A stretch of 55,091 nucleotides of DNA from Nitrospiraceae bacterium (GCA_035275205.1 DATENE010000063.1:1-55091); one strand, 5' to 3'. Counted from the first letter of the stretch, positions 36,872-46,059 are shown. The notes: generated by a model from the sequence alone, not told the origin. Translations and numbers: made by a program.

Positions 36872-37264
36872 TGAGCCAATCCTTGACTCGTCCTCATCGG
36901 AAGAATATCGTATCCATGTGGGGGGAGCTTAACGCCCCGAGGGAATATGGTTCATAAGGGGGTCGAGTGTCGGGATGGTGTGCAAGCCCAGCTTGACTGG
37001 GAAGCCTGAAGTCCCGCCAAGATCTCCGTCGTACCTAGCCGTCCTCGGCAGGTGCGCGCTCCTCCCACCCTAATCTCCCGCTCATTCCGGTCGGTGGTTT
37101 TCCTCGGCACAAAACCCCGCCATGGGCTGCAGCGATCCCTATTCCTGTGAAGAGGTCCGCTGTGTCATCTCCACCGCTGAGTTGGGAGTGAGGGTTTGAT
37201 GATGGATGCAACCTGCGCACAATACCTGTTCGATGTCGTCAGACAATTGATTTTAAGAGGATAA

Positions 37265-39322
37265 ATGGCCCCGCACAAGCCATCTGCATCTGCGTCCAAG
37301 AAATCAAATCCCCGCGCAGTTTCGGCAGTGACGGCGGTGGAGATGGGCGCGCGACAGCGCGAGATTTCCGTCTCTGAGTTCTTTACCAAGAACAGGCATC
37401 TACTCGGTTTCGATAACCCACGCAAAGCTCTCCTGACTTGTGTCAAGGAAGCGGTTGACAATGCGTTGGATGCCTGTGAGGAAGCAGGGATACTTCCAGA
37501 AGTCACAGTGCGGTTGGATGTCGTGGCGACCAACGGGATCCCGTCGCCGGCAAGCCAGGCGACCCGCTTTCGCATCACCGTAGCTGACAACGGCCCCGGG
37601 ATCGTGAGAAATCAGATTCCAAGGATTTTTGCAAAACTTCTGTACGGTTCGAAATTTCATCGCCTACGCATGAGCCGTGGTCAGCAGGGGATCGGCATCT
37701 CCGCCGCCGGCATGTACGGACAGCTCACGACTGGCAAGCCGGTCAAGATCATTTCTCGCATCGGACCGCGCGCCGCCGCGCACTTTTTTGAAGTTCAGAT
37801 CGATACGAAGAAGAACGAACCTCTCGTGCATGAGAACAAGCAGATCGAGTGGGAGCCCGCGCGGGGCACCCAGGTTACATTAGAGGTGGAAGGCAAGTAT
37901 CAGAAGGGTCGGGCTTCGGTAGATGAATGGCTGGAGCAAACTTCGATTGCCAACCCTCATGTGAAGTTGATCTATCATCCGCCAGAAGGCGAAACGAGAG
38001 AGTATCCGCGGACCTATCACGAATTGCCCCCTTCGCCACGCGAAATCAAACCGCATCCCTACGGCATCGAGTTTGGGATGATGCTCAAGATGTTGCAGGA
38101 TACGAAGAGTCACACGGTATCCGGATTTCTATCCAGCGATTTCTGTCGAGTGTCTCCGCAGTTTGCTGACGAGTTGTGTAAAGCGGCAAAAGTGCCGTGC
38201 AGTGTGAATCCTCGCCATCTGAAAGGCGTGGGAGCCGAAACGCTCTATCACACAATTCAAAACACTAAAATTATGGCGCCGCCGACGAATTGTCTTTCGC
38301 CGATCGGTGAAAAAGCTATTCTCTCCGGCCTCTATAAACAGATCAAAGGAGAATTTTACACGGCGGTGAGCCGTCCGCCGGCAGTCTATCGCGGCAATCC
38401 TTTCGTCATCGAAGCAGGAGTGGCCTATGGTTCCAGGCCGTCGGATCAGGGCAAAGCCCAGTCTCTGGCGATGCCGAAGGCGGAGGGTGAGCATGAGGAA
38501 GAAGACGCAGAACTCGCACGCGTGATTCGTTACGCCAACCGTGTGCCGTTGCTCTATCAGCAGTCGGCCTGCTCGACCTTCAAGGCCGTGATCGGCACGA
38601 CCTGGAAGAACTACGGCGTCGCCCAGTCGCGCGGGGCGTTGCCGGGTGGCCCAATGGTGATCTTCGTCCACATGGCCTCGGTGTGGGTTCCGTTCACGAG
38701 CGAATCCAAAGAAGCCATTGCCGACTACGATGAGATCCAAAAGGAAATTACGCTGGCGCTGCGCGAGTGCGGGCGGCGGCTCGGGCTCTTCCTACGCCGG
38801 CGCGAACGGGCAGCGAGTGAGTTTCGGCGTCGGAATATTTTTGATCTCTATATCGAAGAGGTCGTGGAGGCATGTAATCGACTCAAGGGAGGGAAGCTGT
38901 CTAAGGAAAGGCTTAAGATGCAGCTTCAGAGGATCGCGAAGTCACGGACGGGAGGAATGAAGACCGACGAAGCCTTAGGGAAGACCGGCGCAGGGCCTGA
39001 AGGCCTGCCCCATTCGATCATCGTGACGGGAGAAGGCGTGGAAGGTGACATCGAACTGGCCTCCCAGGTCGAAGCCGATTCAGTTGCAGCGGAATCAGCA
39101 ACTCAAACGGATTTGCTCGACCAGGAACAGCCGCTTGAGCCTCGACCGAAGGGAAAATCGCAGAAGACTCATGCTCATAAGGGTACAGCGAAAGGAAAGG
39201 CTTCCCAAACTTCAAAGGGTAAGGTGAGGCAGATGGCACTATTTGATCGACCAACGAAATCGGTTGGACATGAAAAGCCGAGCAAAAGGGTTGCCGGTTC
39301 GAGGCTGCGAGGAAAGAAATAG
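37265..39322 (+). CDS. top6B: DNA topoisomerase VI subunit B (GHKL ATPase plus transducer)
   Basis: 685 aa. RBS AAGAGGA. Bergerat-fold motifs EAVDNALDA (N box), DNGPGI (G1), GQQGIG (G2), FAKLLYGSKFH. Long transducer-like region and a Lys-rich C-terminal tail of about 70 aa. Confidence 0.9.
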   Translation: MAPHKPSASASKKSNPRAVSAVTAVEMGARQREISVSEFFTKNRHLLGFDNPRKALLTCVKEAVDNALDACEEAGILPEVTVRLDVVATNGIPSPASQATRFRITVADNGPGIVRNQIPRIFAKLLYGSKFHRLRMSRGQQGIGISAAGMYGQLTTGKPVKIISRIGPRAAAHFFEVQIDTKKNEPLVHENKQIEWEPARGTQVTLEVEGKYQKGRASVDEWLEQTSIANPHVKLIYHPPEGETREYPRTYHELPPSPREIKPHPYGIEFGMMLKMLQDTKSHTVSGFLSSDFCRVSPQFADELCKAAKVPCSVNPRHLKGVGAETLYHTIQNTKIMAPPTNCLSPIGEKAILSGLYKQIKGEFYTAVSRPPAVYRGNPFVIEAGVAYGSRPSDQGKAQSLAMPKAEGEHEEEDAELARVIRYANRVPLLYQQSACSTFKAVIGTTWKNYGVAQSRGALPGGPMVIFVHMASVWVPFTSESKEAIADYDEIQKEITLALRECGRRLGLFLRRRERAASEFRRRNIFDLYIEEVVEACNRLKGGKLSKERLKMQLQRIAKSRTGGMKTDEALGKTGAGPEGLPHSIIVTGEGVEGDIELASQVEADSVAAESATQTDLLDQEQPLEPRPKGKSQKTHAHKGTAKGKASQTSKGKVRQMALFDRPTKSVGHEKPSKRVAGSRLRGKK

Positions 39323-39327
39323 AACCC

Positions 39328-40431
39328 ATGGCGGCCAAACAGAAAAAGGCGACCGCAGTCGAAAAGAAGCTCGTCGGTCTCGCGGACGTGGTGCTTGCGG
39401 CGGCGGAGCGGTCGAAAGACCCGACGTTTGCGATTCCGATTCGTGCCCTCTCGAACGTGGCGTTCAACGAACGGAAGGGCTTGATCGAAATGGGCAAGAA
39501 AAAGCAGGCCCGCTCGTTCTTTAACGTAGGGATGGCGAAGAAATTCATGCAGACGGTGCTGGTTGCCGATGCGCTATCCGAGTTGCAACGAGCCGATTTG
39601 ACCACGTCGCTTCGCGAAGTCTATTACCGCACGAAACACACGATGAGGGACTCGCATGAGAACACCTTCGATACCCAAGATGAATCTGACCCGGTAATCG
39701 AAGACCTGGAAGTGTCGCTGGCGGCGCTGCGGGAGGAGCTGCACGTACGCGCCGAAAACAGCGGGAGCATTGTCGGGCCGGTCGTCTTCGGTGATGATGG
39801 AGACCGGGTGGATTGCTCACGGTTGGGAAAGGGCGGCTATTCGGTGCCTTCGATCGTGGAACCGGAATATCTGGAGATCCGCCGCTGCACGGCGGACTTC
39901 GTCCTATTAGTCGAGAAAGGTACGCAGTGGAACCGCCTCTCGGAAGATAAATTTTGGCGTCGCTATAACTGTGTGCTGTTGACGGGGAATGGGCAACCTC
40001 CCCGCGGGGTTCGCCGTTTAGCGCGGCGATTGCACGAAGAGTATCGGCTCCCGGTGTATGTTCTGGTCGATAACGATCCTTGGGGGTACTATATCTATTC
40101 CGTCGTCAAGCAAGGTTCGATTAATTTGGCCTTTGAGAGTCAACGGATGGCGATTCCCAAAGCCAAGTTCATCGGGCTTTCCAGCGCCGACCCAGAACGG
40201 TACGAACTTCCGCGCAACGTCGGGATCAAACTGAACGAGAAGGACATCGCCCGCGCAAAAGAACTCCTCAACTATCAGTGGTTTCAAAAAGCGGCCTGGC
40301 AGGCAGAAATCAAACGGATGCTCGCGAGCGGACTCAAATATGAACTGGACGCCCTCGCCAACAAGGACTTCCAGTACCTCACGAAAAAGTATCTTCCACG
40401 GAAGCTAAAAGAGAAGGACTGGCTGGATTAG
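39328..40431 (+). CDS. top6A: DNA topoisomerase VI subunit A (Spo11/Top6A family)
   Basis: 367 aa, starting 5 nt after the top6B stop. REVYYR catalytic-Tyr context, Toprim Glu in LLVEKG, and DxD in VLVDNDPWGYYI. Confidence 0.9.
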   Translation: MAAKQKKATAVEKKLVGLADVVLAAAERSKDPTFAIPIRALSNVAFNERKGLIEMGKKKQARSFFNVGMAKKFMQTVLVADALSELQRADLTTSLREVYYRTKHTMRDSHENTFDTQDESDPVIEDLEVSLAALREELHVRAENSGSIVGPVVFGDDGDRVDCSRLGKGGYSVPSIVEPEYLEIRRCTADFVLLVEKGTQWNRLSEDKFWRRYNCVLLTGNGQPPRGVRRLARRLHEEYRLPVYVLVDNDPWGYYIYSVVKQGSINLAFESQRMAIPKAKFIGLSSADPERYELPRNVGIKLNEKDIARAKELLNYQWFQKAAWQAEIKRMLASGLKYELDALANKDFQYLTKKYLPRKLKEKDWLD

Positions 40432-40469
40432 TCCGGCCAACCCTTTCCAATCGCACCTACCTTCAGTAG

Positions 40470-40691
40470 CTAGTGTGCGGGTAACATCAGATAGAGCCCA
40501 ACCACGATGAACGGCGCCGCCACGTACATTGCTATCTTGCCGAACGCATCGTAGACGCCATAGATCAGGATTAGGCCCATGAAGGTGAAGTAGAGCGTTC
40601 CGATCCCTCGATATCCCCCAAGTTCTTCTGCCAGGGCGAGCGAGGGCGATCCCAGGGTCAGTATGGCCGAAAAAGCTGCCAGTCGTTTCAT
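40470..40691 (-). CDS. Small secreted or membrane protein (73 aa)
   Basis: Start set at ATG 40691 (MKRLAAFSAILTLGSPSLALA...), with AAGGAGG 5 nt upstream; the track ORF extends to 40733. Signal-like N-terminus plus two hydrophobic helices. Confidence 0.55.
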   Translation of the reverse strand: MKRLAAFSAILTLGSPSLALAEELGGYRGIGTLYFTFMGLILIYGVYDAFGKIAMYVAAPFIVVGLYLMLPAH

Positions 40692-40934
40692 TTCAGCCTC
40701 CTTTGTTTTGGTGGTAAGCCCGTATCGCGTCATATCGATGGTGGCTACTGCGGCGAGACATTACCGTCCTCTGTGTTTCGTGGATTAGGCGAAACATGCT
40801 GCGCCTTCGAGAACGAGAAGTCAAATGGACGTCATCAGCAGGGCAGGTCTAGCAGGCTGTGGGACACTTTGTGGCACTCGGGAACTTCATTGGTCAGTAT
40901 ATATTTAGCAGGAATGACAGGGACACATTGTGCA

Positions 40935-41212
40935 GGATGTTCAAAAAGGCCAGACTTCTCACCCGCCCAACCCCGGCGACTACTTCACCCGCCCGCCCTG
41001 AGTCTGCCAAGACAGCCTCTTCGCCCAGGGACGCGCCTTGTCTCAGGCAAGGCCGCAGGCGATGCACGAACCGGAGGCGTACCCTTTGGGGCGCACGGTG
41101 CGACGGATAAGGAGCACCACGTCTGTGCGCGCCGCCGAGTGGTGAGGTGGCCGTGTCCTCGTTGAGGATCTGAGCGATGCGAGAACGATGCCGACGGGCT
41201 TTTTCAGCATCC
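40935..41212 (-). repeat. 278-bp palindromic interspersed repeat element (long form) abutting the argJ stop codon
   Basis: Termini GGATGTTCAAAAAGGCC (40935-40951) and GGGCTTTTTCAGCATCC (41196-41212, reverse complement GGATGCTGAAAAAGCCC). The reverse complement of 41161-41212 matches 24427-24478 at 46/52. It shares the blocks CCGGAGGCGTACCC (41071-) and GCAAGGCCGCAG (41047-). Track ORFs 40773..41165 and 40859..41110 lie over it and look spurious. Confidence 0.75.
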
Positions 41213-41213
41213 G

Positions 41214-42437
41214 CTAAGATCGATAGCTTGCGTTGATGCGGACATAGTCAAACGACAGATCGGTCGTCCACATATGAGCCCGGTGACGGCCTCGCCCCAG
41301 TCCGACGGTGATCGTAAATTCTTTCTGGCGAAAAACCTTTGCGATTCGGTGTTCAGCAGCGAGCCCGAGCCCGATCCCTTGATATACCATCGGGACTCCA
41401 CCAAACCACACACTCAGCTTGGATGGAGTAATCGGAACCCCAGCTCGTCCGATCGCCGCCATGACTCGACCCCAATTGGCATCCTCGCCGAACAGGGCCG
41501 TCTTCACCAAGTTCGAAGTTGCAATGGTCTGGGCTACCTGCCGTGCCTGCGCGACCGTAGCTGATCCGGTCACCTCAATCTTCACCAACTTGGTGACACC
41601 TTCCCCATCGCGACAAATCGACAACGCGAGAGTCTGGCAGGCTTCGGTCAGGAGCTGGAGGAATCGGCGATAGGCAACCGTGCCTTCCTTGATTGTGCAG
41701 TTCTGAGCCAGCCCGTTCGCCATGCACAGGACGGTATCGTTGGTGCTGGTGTCTCCATCAACCGTGATGCAGTTGAATGACTCGTTGGCCGCCAGGCTGA
41801 GAGCCCGTTGGAGGGCGCTCTTTGTGATTGATGCGTCTGTGGTGAAATAGGCCAGCATCGTGGCCATGTTGGGATGGATCATTCCAGAGCCCTTGGCCAT
41901 TCCGCCGATGGTGACTAAGCGCCCACCGATAGTGTCCTGAAGGGCGATGGATTTTGGGCGCAGGTCGGTCGTCATGATCGCCTGAGCGGCATCCGAGCCT
42001 CCATGATCGCTGAGTTGAGCAACAAGATTTGGTAGGCCTTTGACGATTCGATCGACCGGCAACACACGACCGATGACGCCGGTGGACCCGATGAAGATTT
42101 CGTGTGCGGATACTCCAATGTGTCGCGCGAGCAACCGTGCGGTTTTCTTAGCGGCAGCCAATCCTTTGGCGCCGGTACAAGCGTTCGCGTTGCCGCTGTT
42201 GACGAGAATGGCTCGACCGATTCCCTGACGCAGATGCAGACGATCAAGAATGACCGGCGCCGCGACCACCTGATTTTTCGTGAAGACGCCCGCGATGGGA
42301 CCACTGTGCTCTGAGACGATGAGGGCGAGATCCAGTAGGCCTGGCTTCTTGATGCCGCAATGAATACCTGCTGCGCGGAACCCCTGCGGTGCGGTGACTC
42401 CACGGCGCGGAGACGAGGTTGGTGATTTCTTGGCCAT
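41214..42437 (-). CDS. argJ: Bifunctional ornithine acetyltransferase / N-acetylglutamate synthase
   Basis: 407 aa. Autoprocessing context HPNMATMLAYFTTDA. N-terminal GFRAAGIHCGIKK. Confidence 0.95.
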   Translation of the reverse strand: MAKKSPTSSPRRGVTAPQGFRAAGIHCGIKKPGLLDLALIVSEHSGPIAGVFTKNQVVAAPVILDRLHLRQGIGRAILVNSGNANACTGAKGLAAAKKTARLLARHIGVSAHEIFIGSTGVIGRVLPVDRIVKGLPNLVAQLSDHGGSDAAQAIMTTDLRPKSIALQDTIGGRLVTIGGMAKGSGMIHPNMATMLAYFTTDASITKSALQRALSLAANESFNCITVDGDTSTNDTVLCMANGLAQNCTIKEGTVAYRRFLQLLTEACQTLALSICRDGEGVTKLVKIEVTGSATVAQARQVAQTIATSNLVKTALFGEDANWGRVMAAIGRAGVPITPSKLSVWFGGVPMVYQGIGLGLAAEHRIAKVFRQKEFTITVGLGRGRHRAHMWTTDLSFDYVRINASYRS

Positions 42438-42470
42438 GATCGAGAGAGATATATTTCGGTCAGTATGGAT

Positions 42471-43544
42471 TTAGGGGTAGGCGGCGGGTGCCATCAAACC
42501 TGTTTCTTCAGGGAGTCCCAGCATGAGGTTCATGGCCTGAATAGCCTGGCCTGCGGCGCCTTTCACCAGATTATCCAGCGCGGCCACCGTAATGACCGAC
42601 CCTGAGCGAGGATCGAGGTAGACCCCGATGTCGCAATAGTTGGAGCCCTTGATATAGCGTGGATTCGGAATGGTTTCTTCCTGGACCCTGACGAACCGCT
42701 CACCTTTGTAAAAGTCTCGATACAACGCGCGCAGGTCCGGCAGCGACATCGGACTCTTCAGCTTGCAGTAGGCGGTGCTCAGGATACCACGGTTCATCGG
42801 TACGAGGTGTGGAGTGAATGTCACGATCGGCTGTGCGACCGGTGTTTTCGATGATTGTGCTGCTCGTTGAAGTAACCGGCTAAGCTCTTGTTCGATCTCA
42901 GGGATATGACGGTGCCCTCCGATTTTGTAGGGCTCTAAGGATTCGTGGGCTTCAGGAAAATGATAGGGGAGCGCCGGGCTTCGCCCGGCTCCGGAGATAC
43001 CCGATTTCGCATCGATGACCACCGTGTCCGTTTGCGCAAGATCCTGGACGAACAACGGGGCCAACTGTAGAACAGCCGCAGTCGGGTAACAGCCGGGCGA
43101 GGCCACTAACTTCGCTTTGGCGATGGCGGTTCGATGCAATTCAGGGAGACCATAGACTGCGTCCTTCAGCAAGTCCGGATAGCTATGCGGTGTTTTATAC
43201 CATTGCTCATAGACGGCAGGATCTGTGAGCCTGTAGTCGGCGCTAAGGTCCACCACCAGCTTGCCGGTTTTGAGGCAGGCGGAAACCGGCTCCAATGATT
43301 TGGTATGGGGAAGCGCCAAGAAGACCGCATCTGCCTGCTCCGCCAAGGCTTCCGGTGAAAGAGCTTGAAAGGAGTGCGACACAAGGCCGGCCAGACTGGG
43401 GAAGACCGCTGCCACAGGAGTGCCTGCGGATTTTTCCGATGTCAAGGCATGGAGCTCAAAGTGTGGATGGAGGGCTGTCAGGCGAACGAGCTCCGCTCCG
43501 GCATATCCACTGGCCCCTGCAATTGCGACGCGTACTTTTTTCAT
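42471..43544 (-). CDS. argC: N-acetyl-gamma-glutamyl-phosphate reductase
   Basis: Start set at ATG 43544 (MKKVRVAIAGASGYAGAEL), with AGGTGG 5 nt upstream; the track ORF starts at GTG 43553. Catalytic Cys context SPGCYPT. Confidence 0.95.
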   Translation of the reverse strand: MKKVRVAIAGASGYAGAELVRLTALHPHFELHALTSEKSAGTPVAAVFPSLAGLVSHSFQALSPEALAEQADAVFLALPHTKSLEPVSACLKTGKLVVDLSADYRLTDPAVYEQWYKTPHSYPDLLKDAVYGLPELHRTAIAKAKLVASPGCYPTAAVLQLAPLFVQDLAQTDTVVIDAKSGISGAGRSPALPYHFPEAHESLEPYKIGGHRHIPEIEQELSRLLQRAAQSSKTPVAQPIVTFTPHLVPMNRGILSTAYCKLKSPMSLPDLRALYRDFYKGERFVRVQEETIPNPRYIKGSNYCDIGVYLDPRSGSVITVAALDNLVKGAAGQAIQAMNLMLGLPEETGLMAPAAYP

Positions 43545-43575
43545 CTCTACCACCTGTCATGTGTACCACGGGCAC

Positions 43576-43604
43576 AAAAAAAGGGAAGGCGTGGAGCCTT
43601 CCCT
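43576..43604 (-). terminator. Rho-independent terminator after rpsI
   Basis: The minus strand reads AGGGAAGGC-TCCAC-GCCTTCCCT (9-bp GC-rich stem, 5-nt loop) followed by TTTTTTT. It lies between rpsI (ends 43628) and argC (starts 43544). Confidence 0.8.
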
Positions 43605-43627
43605 TTCTCTGTCTGTGGCTCCGACGA

Positions 43628-44020
43628 TTATCGTTTGGAGTACTGGAACCGCTTCCTTGCACCCTTCTGTCCGTACTTCTTCCGCTCTTTGACGCGCGAG
43701 TCACGTGTCAGCAAGCCTTCCTTCTTCAAGGGCGTACGAAGGGGTTGGTTGAGCTCCACCAACGCGCGTGCGATAGCATGACGCAGGGCGCCGGCTTGGC
43801 CGGTCGGTCCACCGCCATGTACGGTGGCTTTAATGGAGTACTGTCCCATCACGCCACCGATCTCAAGCGGGAACTGAATAATCTGCCTCAAGGTCAGTCG
43901 CGGGAAAGCTTTCTCGATCGGTTGATCGTTGATCGTAATGTCGCCTGCCCTCCCGGTGACCCAGGCTCTGGCAATGGCGCACTTTCGTCGTCCGGTTGCA
44001 TATTGAGTCGCTACTGCCAT
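43628..44020 (-). CDS. rpsI: 30S ribosomal protein S9
   Basis: 130 aa. GGGPTGQAGALRHAIARAL, C-terminal KRFQYSKR. Confidence 0.97.
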   Translation of the reverse strand: MAVATQYATGRRKCAIARAWVTGRAGDITINDQPIEKAFPRLTLRQIIQFPLEIGGVMGQYSIKATVHGGGPTGQAGALRHAIARALVELNQPLRTPLKKEGLLTRDSRVKERKKYGQKGARKRFQYSKR

Positions 44021-44057
44021 GCTACAACATCTCCTTCTTCGCTCGCGGTGATAACAA

Positions 44058-44486
44058 TTATAGCGTGATCGGTTCCGGTCGTTGCGCCTGATGTGGGTGA
44101 GTGGGTCCGACGTAGACGCGGAGTTTCTTTGCCATATGATTCCCCAACGGGTTCTTGGGAAGCATGCCCTCGATCGCTTTCGTCAAGAGTTCCGTCGGGT
44201 CCTTTCGGAAGACATGCTGCGCCGTCGCGGTCTTGAGCCCGCCCGGAAAGCCGCTGTGGCGTCTGTAGAGTTTCGTCTCCATTTTGCTGCCGGTCAGATG
44301 GATCTTCTCCGCATTCACGATCACAATATGATCGCCCATGTCCACATGGGGGGTAAAGGTCGGCCGGTGTTTGCCGCGCAATATCCCGGCGACGCGAGCT
44401 GCCAATCGGCCCAGCGTTTTCCCTTCGGCATTCACGAGGTACCACTTCTCCTGCACGTCCAAAGGCTTTTGCATGTAGGTCAACAT
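44058..44486 (-). CDS. rplM: 50S ribosomal protein L13
   Basis: 142 aa. [26 protein letters not shown]-terminal signature. Confidence 0.97.
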   Translation of the reverse strand: MLTYMQKPLDVQEKWYLVNAEGKTLGRLAARVAGILRGKHRPTFTPHVDMGDHIVIVNAEKIHLTGSKMETKLYRRHSGFPGGLKTATAQHVFRKDPTELLTKAIEGMLPKNPLGNHMAKKLRVYVGPTHPHQAQRPEPITL

Positions 44487-44517
44487 TGCTCTTCCCGCTC
44501 CTTCGCTATCGAATAAA

Positions 44518-45015
44518 TCAAGTTTCCTGCACTTCCGGTGTTCCGATGTCTTTCGACTCTAGTTTTGCCAGCCAGGCGTCGAGATTTGTTGTGCTCCGCC
44601 GCCTCAGCACATCCTGGGTAATGTAGATCGGGCAAGGAGCCCTGAGGGCCAACGAGATGGCATCGCTGGGCCTGGCATCGATGGTCCGTTCCACGCCTTT
44701 GTTGGAGACATGGAGCATCGCGTAATAGGTGCTACTCTTGACGTCTACAATGACGACGCGTTGAATCGTGATGTTCAAATGTTCGGCGAAACTCTTGATC
44801 AAATCATGGCTCATTGGCCGTGGTGTGATCATGGTATCGAGCGCTAGCTTAATGGCATTACCTTCTGAGGCTCCAACCCAAATCGGAAACGTATCCGGAA
44901 CGCCGTCCTGTCGCGCTAAGACGACGATTCTCGTGTCGGTGTTGGCCTCTTCTAGGATGCGATCCACCCGGTATTCAACCAGGTCTTGTTCTTTGGGCGA
45001 ATCGATGGCGCTCAT
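44518..45015 (-). CDS. Bifunctional nuclease (DUF151/BFN) family protein, paralog 2
   Basis: 165 aa. [32 protein letters not shown] motifs, and a C-terminal [14 protein letters not shown] tail. Confidence 0.8.
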   Translation of the reverse strand: MSAIDSPKEQDLVEYRVDRILEEANTDTRIVVLARQDGVPDTFPIWVGASEGNAIKLALDTMITPRPMSHDLIKSFAEHLNITIQRVVIVDVKSSTYYAMLHVSNKGVERTIDARPSDAISLALRAPCPIYITQDVLRRRSTTNLDAWLAKLESKDIGTPEVQET

Positions 45016-45030
45016 ATCGCGTCTGATGAC

Positions 45031-45486
45031 TCAGGAGTCCAATTTGCCGAAATCTTCCGGCTTAAGATTTTCCAGCCACTGCCCGAGTTCTTCGGAGCTC
45101 TGTTTGGCGATAACCGAATTATTCGCAAACACCGGTGCATTACTTCGAAGCGCGAGCGCAATTGCGTCGCTGGGTCTGGCGTCGACGGTATATTCTGAGT
45201 CTTCGTACATCAAGTGGATTTTCGAAAAATAGGTGTGCTCCGACAAGTCCGTGATGACGACGCTGATAACTTTCGCATTATAGGCATCGAGGAGCGATTT
45301 CATGAAGTCATGCGTCATCGGCCGGGGAGGCGTGACGTTTTCCAGTGACATGCTGATCGCGCCAGCCTCTGATTTGCCGACCCAAATGGGGAGCATGTCG
45401 GAGTGCTCTTCGTCACGCAGCACCACGATATATGCGTTATTATAGGGGTCGAACATCAACCCTTTTACGTGCATCTGTGAAATCAC
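45031..45486 (-). CDS. Bifunctional nuclease (DUF151/BFN) family protein, paralog 1
   Basis: 151 aa. GTG start 10 nt after [38 protein letters not shown], and a C-terminal LGQWLENLKPEDFG tail. Confidence 0.8.
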   Translation of the reverse strand: MISQMHVKGLMFDPYNNAYIVVLRDEEHSDMLPIWVGKSEAGAISMSLENVTPPRPMTHDFMKSLLDAYNAKVISVVITDLSEHTYFSKIHLMYEDSEYTVDARPSDAIALALRSNAPVFANNSVIAKQSSEELGQWLENLKPEDFGKLDS

Positions 45487-45690
45487 GACAAACCGGCTCC
45501 TTATCCCTTTTCTTAAGAGGGCTGTGAGGAGATGCTGATCATCCTGACAGATGGATCAAGAAGTGCAAACTCTAACATTTCCGAAGTTGGCCTGTCAACG
45601 AAGCCTGCGAGATCACTGGAGAATTCACAGAATATTCTTGTGATCAAAGGCCTCGTCGAGGACCGTATGCCGACGCAGCGCTGTTTACGT

Positions 45691-45969
45691 TTAGGCCGGT
45701 GGGCGATAGTTCTGATCCAGTTTTCCGGTATCAGTTTGCTCGCCCAGCTTGAGAAAGGCTTTCATCTGTTTCTTCACGAGTTCTCTACCGCTCTCATCGC
45801 CCAGATTGATCTGATATTCGTTGATGACCATGACCCGCATGCCCTCCCACTTTTTCCAGCAGGGCTTGCAGACCTTGGCTTTGATCTCGGTTTCAAGCTT
45901 CCCCATGAAGAGGGGGTCTGTAATCGTTTCTCCGACTTGTCCACACGTGACACACTGGACGTCTGCCAT
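45691..45969 (-). CDS. yggX: YggX-like Fe(2+)-trafficking / oxidative-damage protection protein
   Basis: Start set at ATG 45969 (MADVQCVTCGQ...); the track ORF runs to 46026. The 92-aa product follows the YggX pattern (C..C, W..W, MVINEYQINL, KKQMKAFL). Confidence 0.75.
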   Translation of the reverse strand: MADVQCVTCGQVGETITDPLFMGKLETEIKAKVCKPCWKKWEGMRVMVINEYQINLGDESGRELVKKQMKAFLKLGEQTDTGKLDQNYRPPA

Positions 45970-46059
45970 GGTATGAGCATCCTTCCGCATAAATGATGAA
46001 GTGGCAGTGAGCAAGAATTGTAACATTGCGCTTGAGCGAAGATAAAGAGGGGGACCGGA

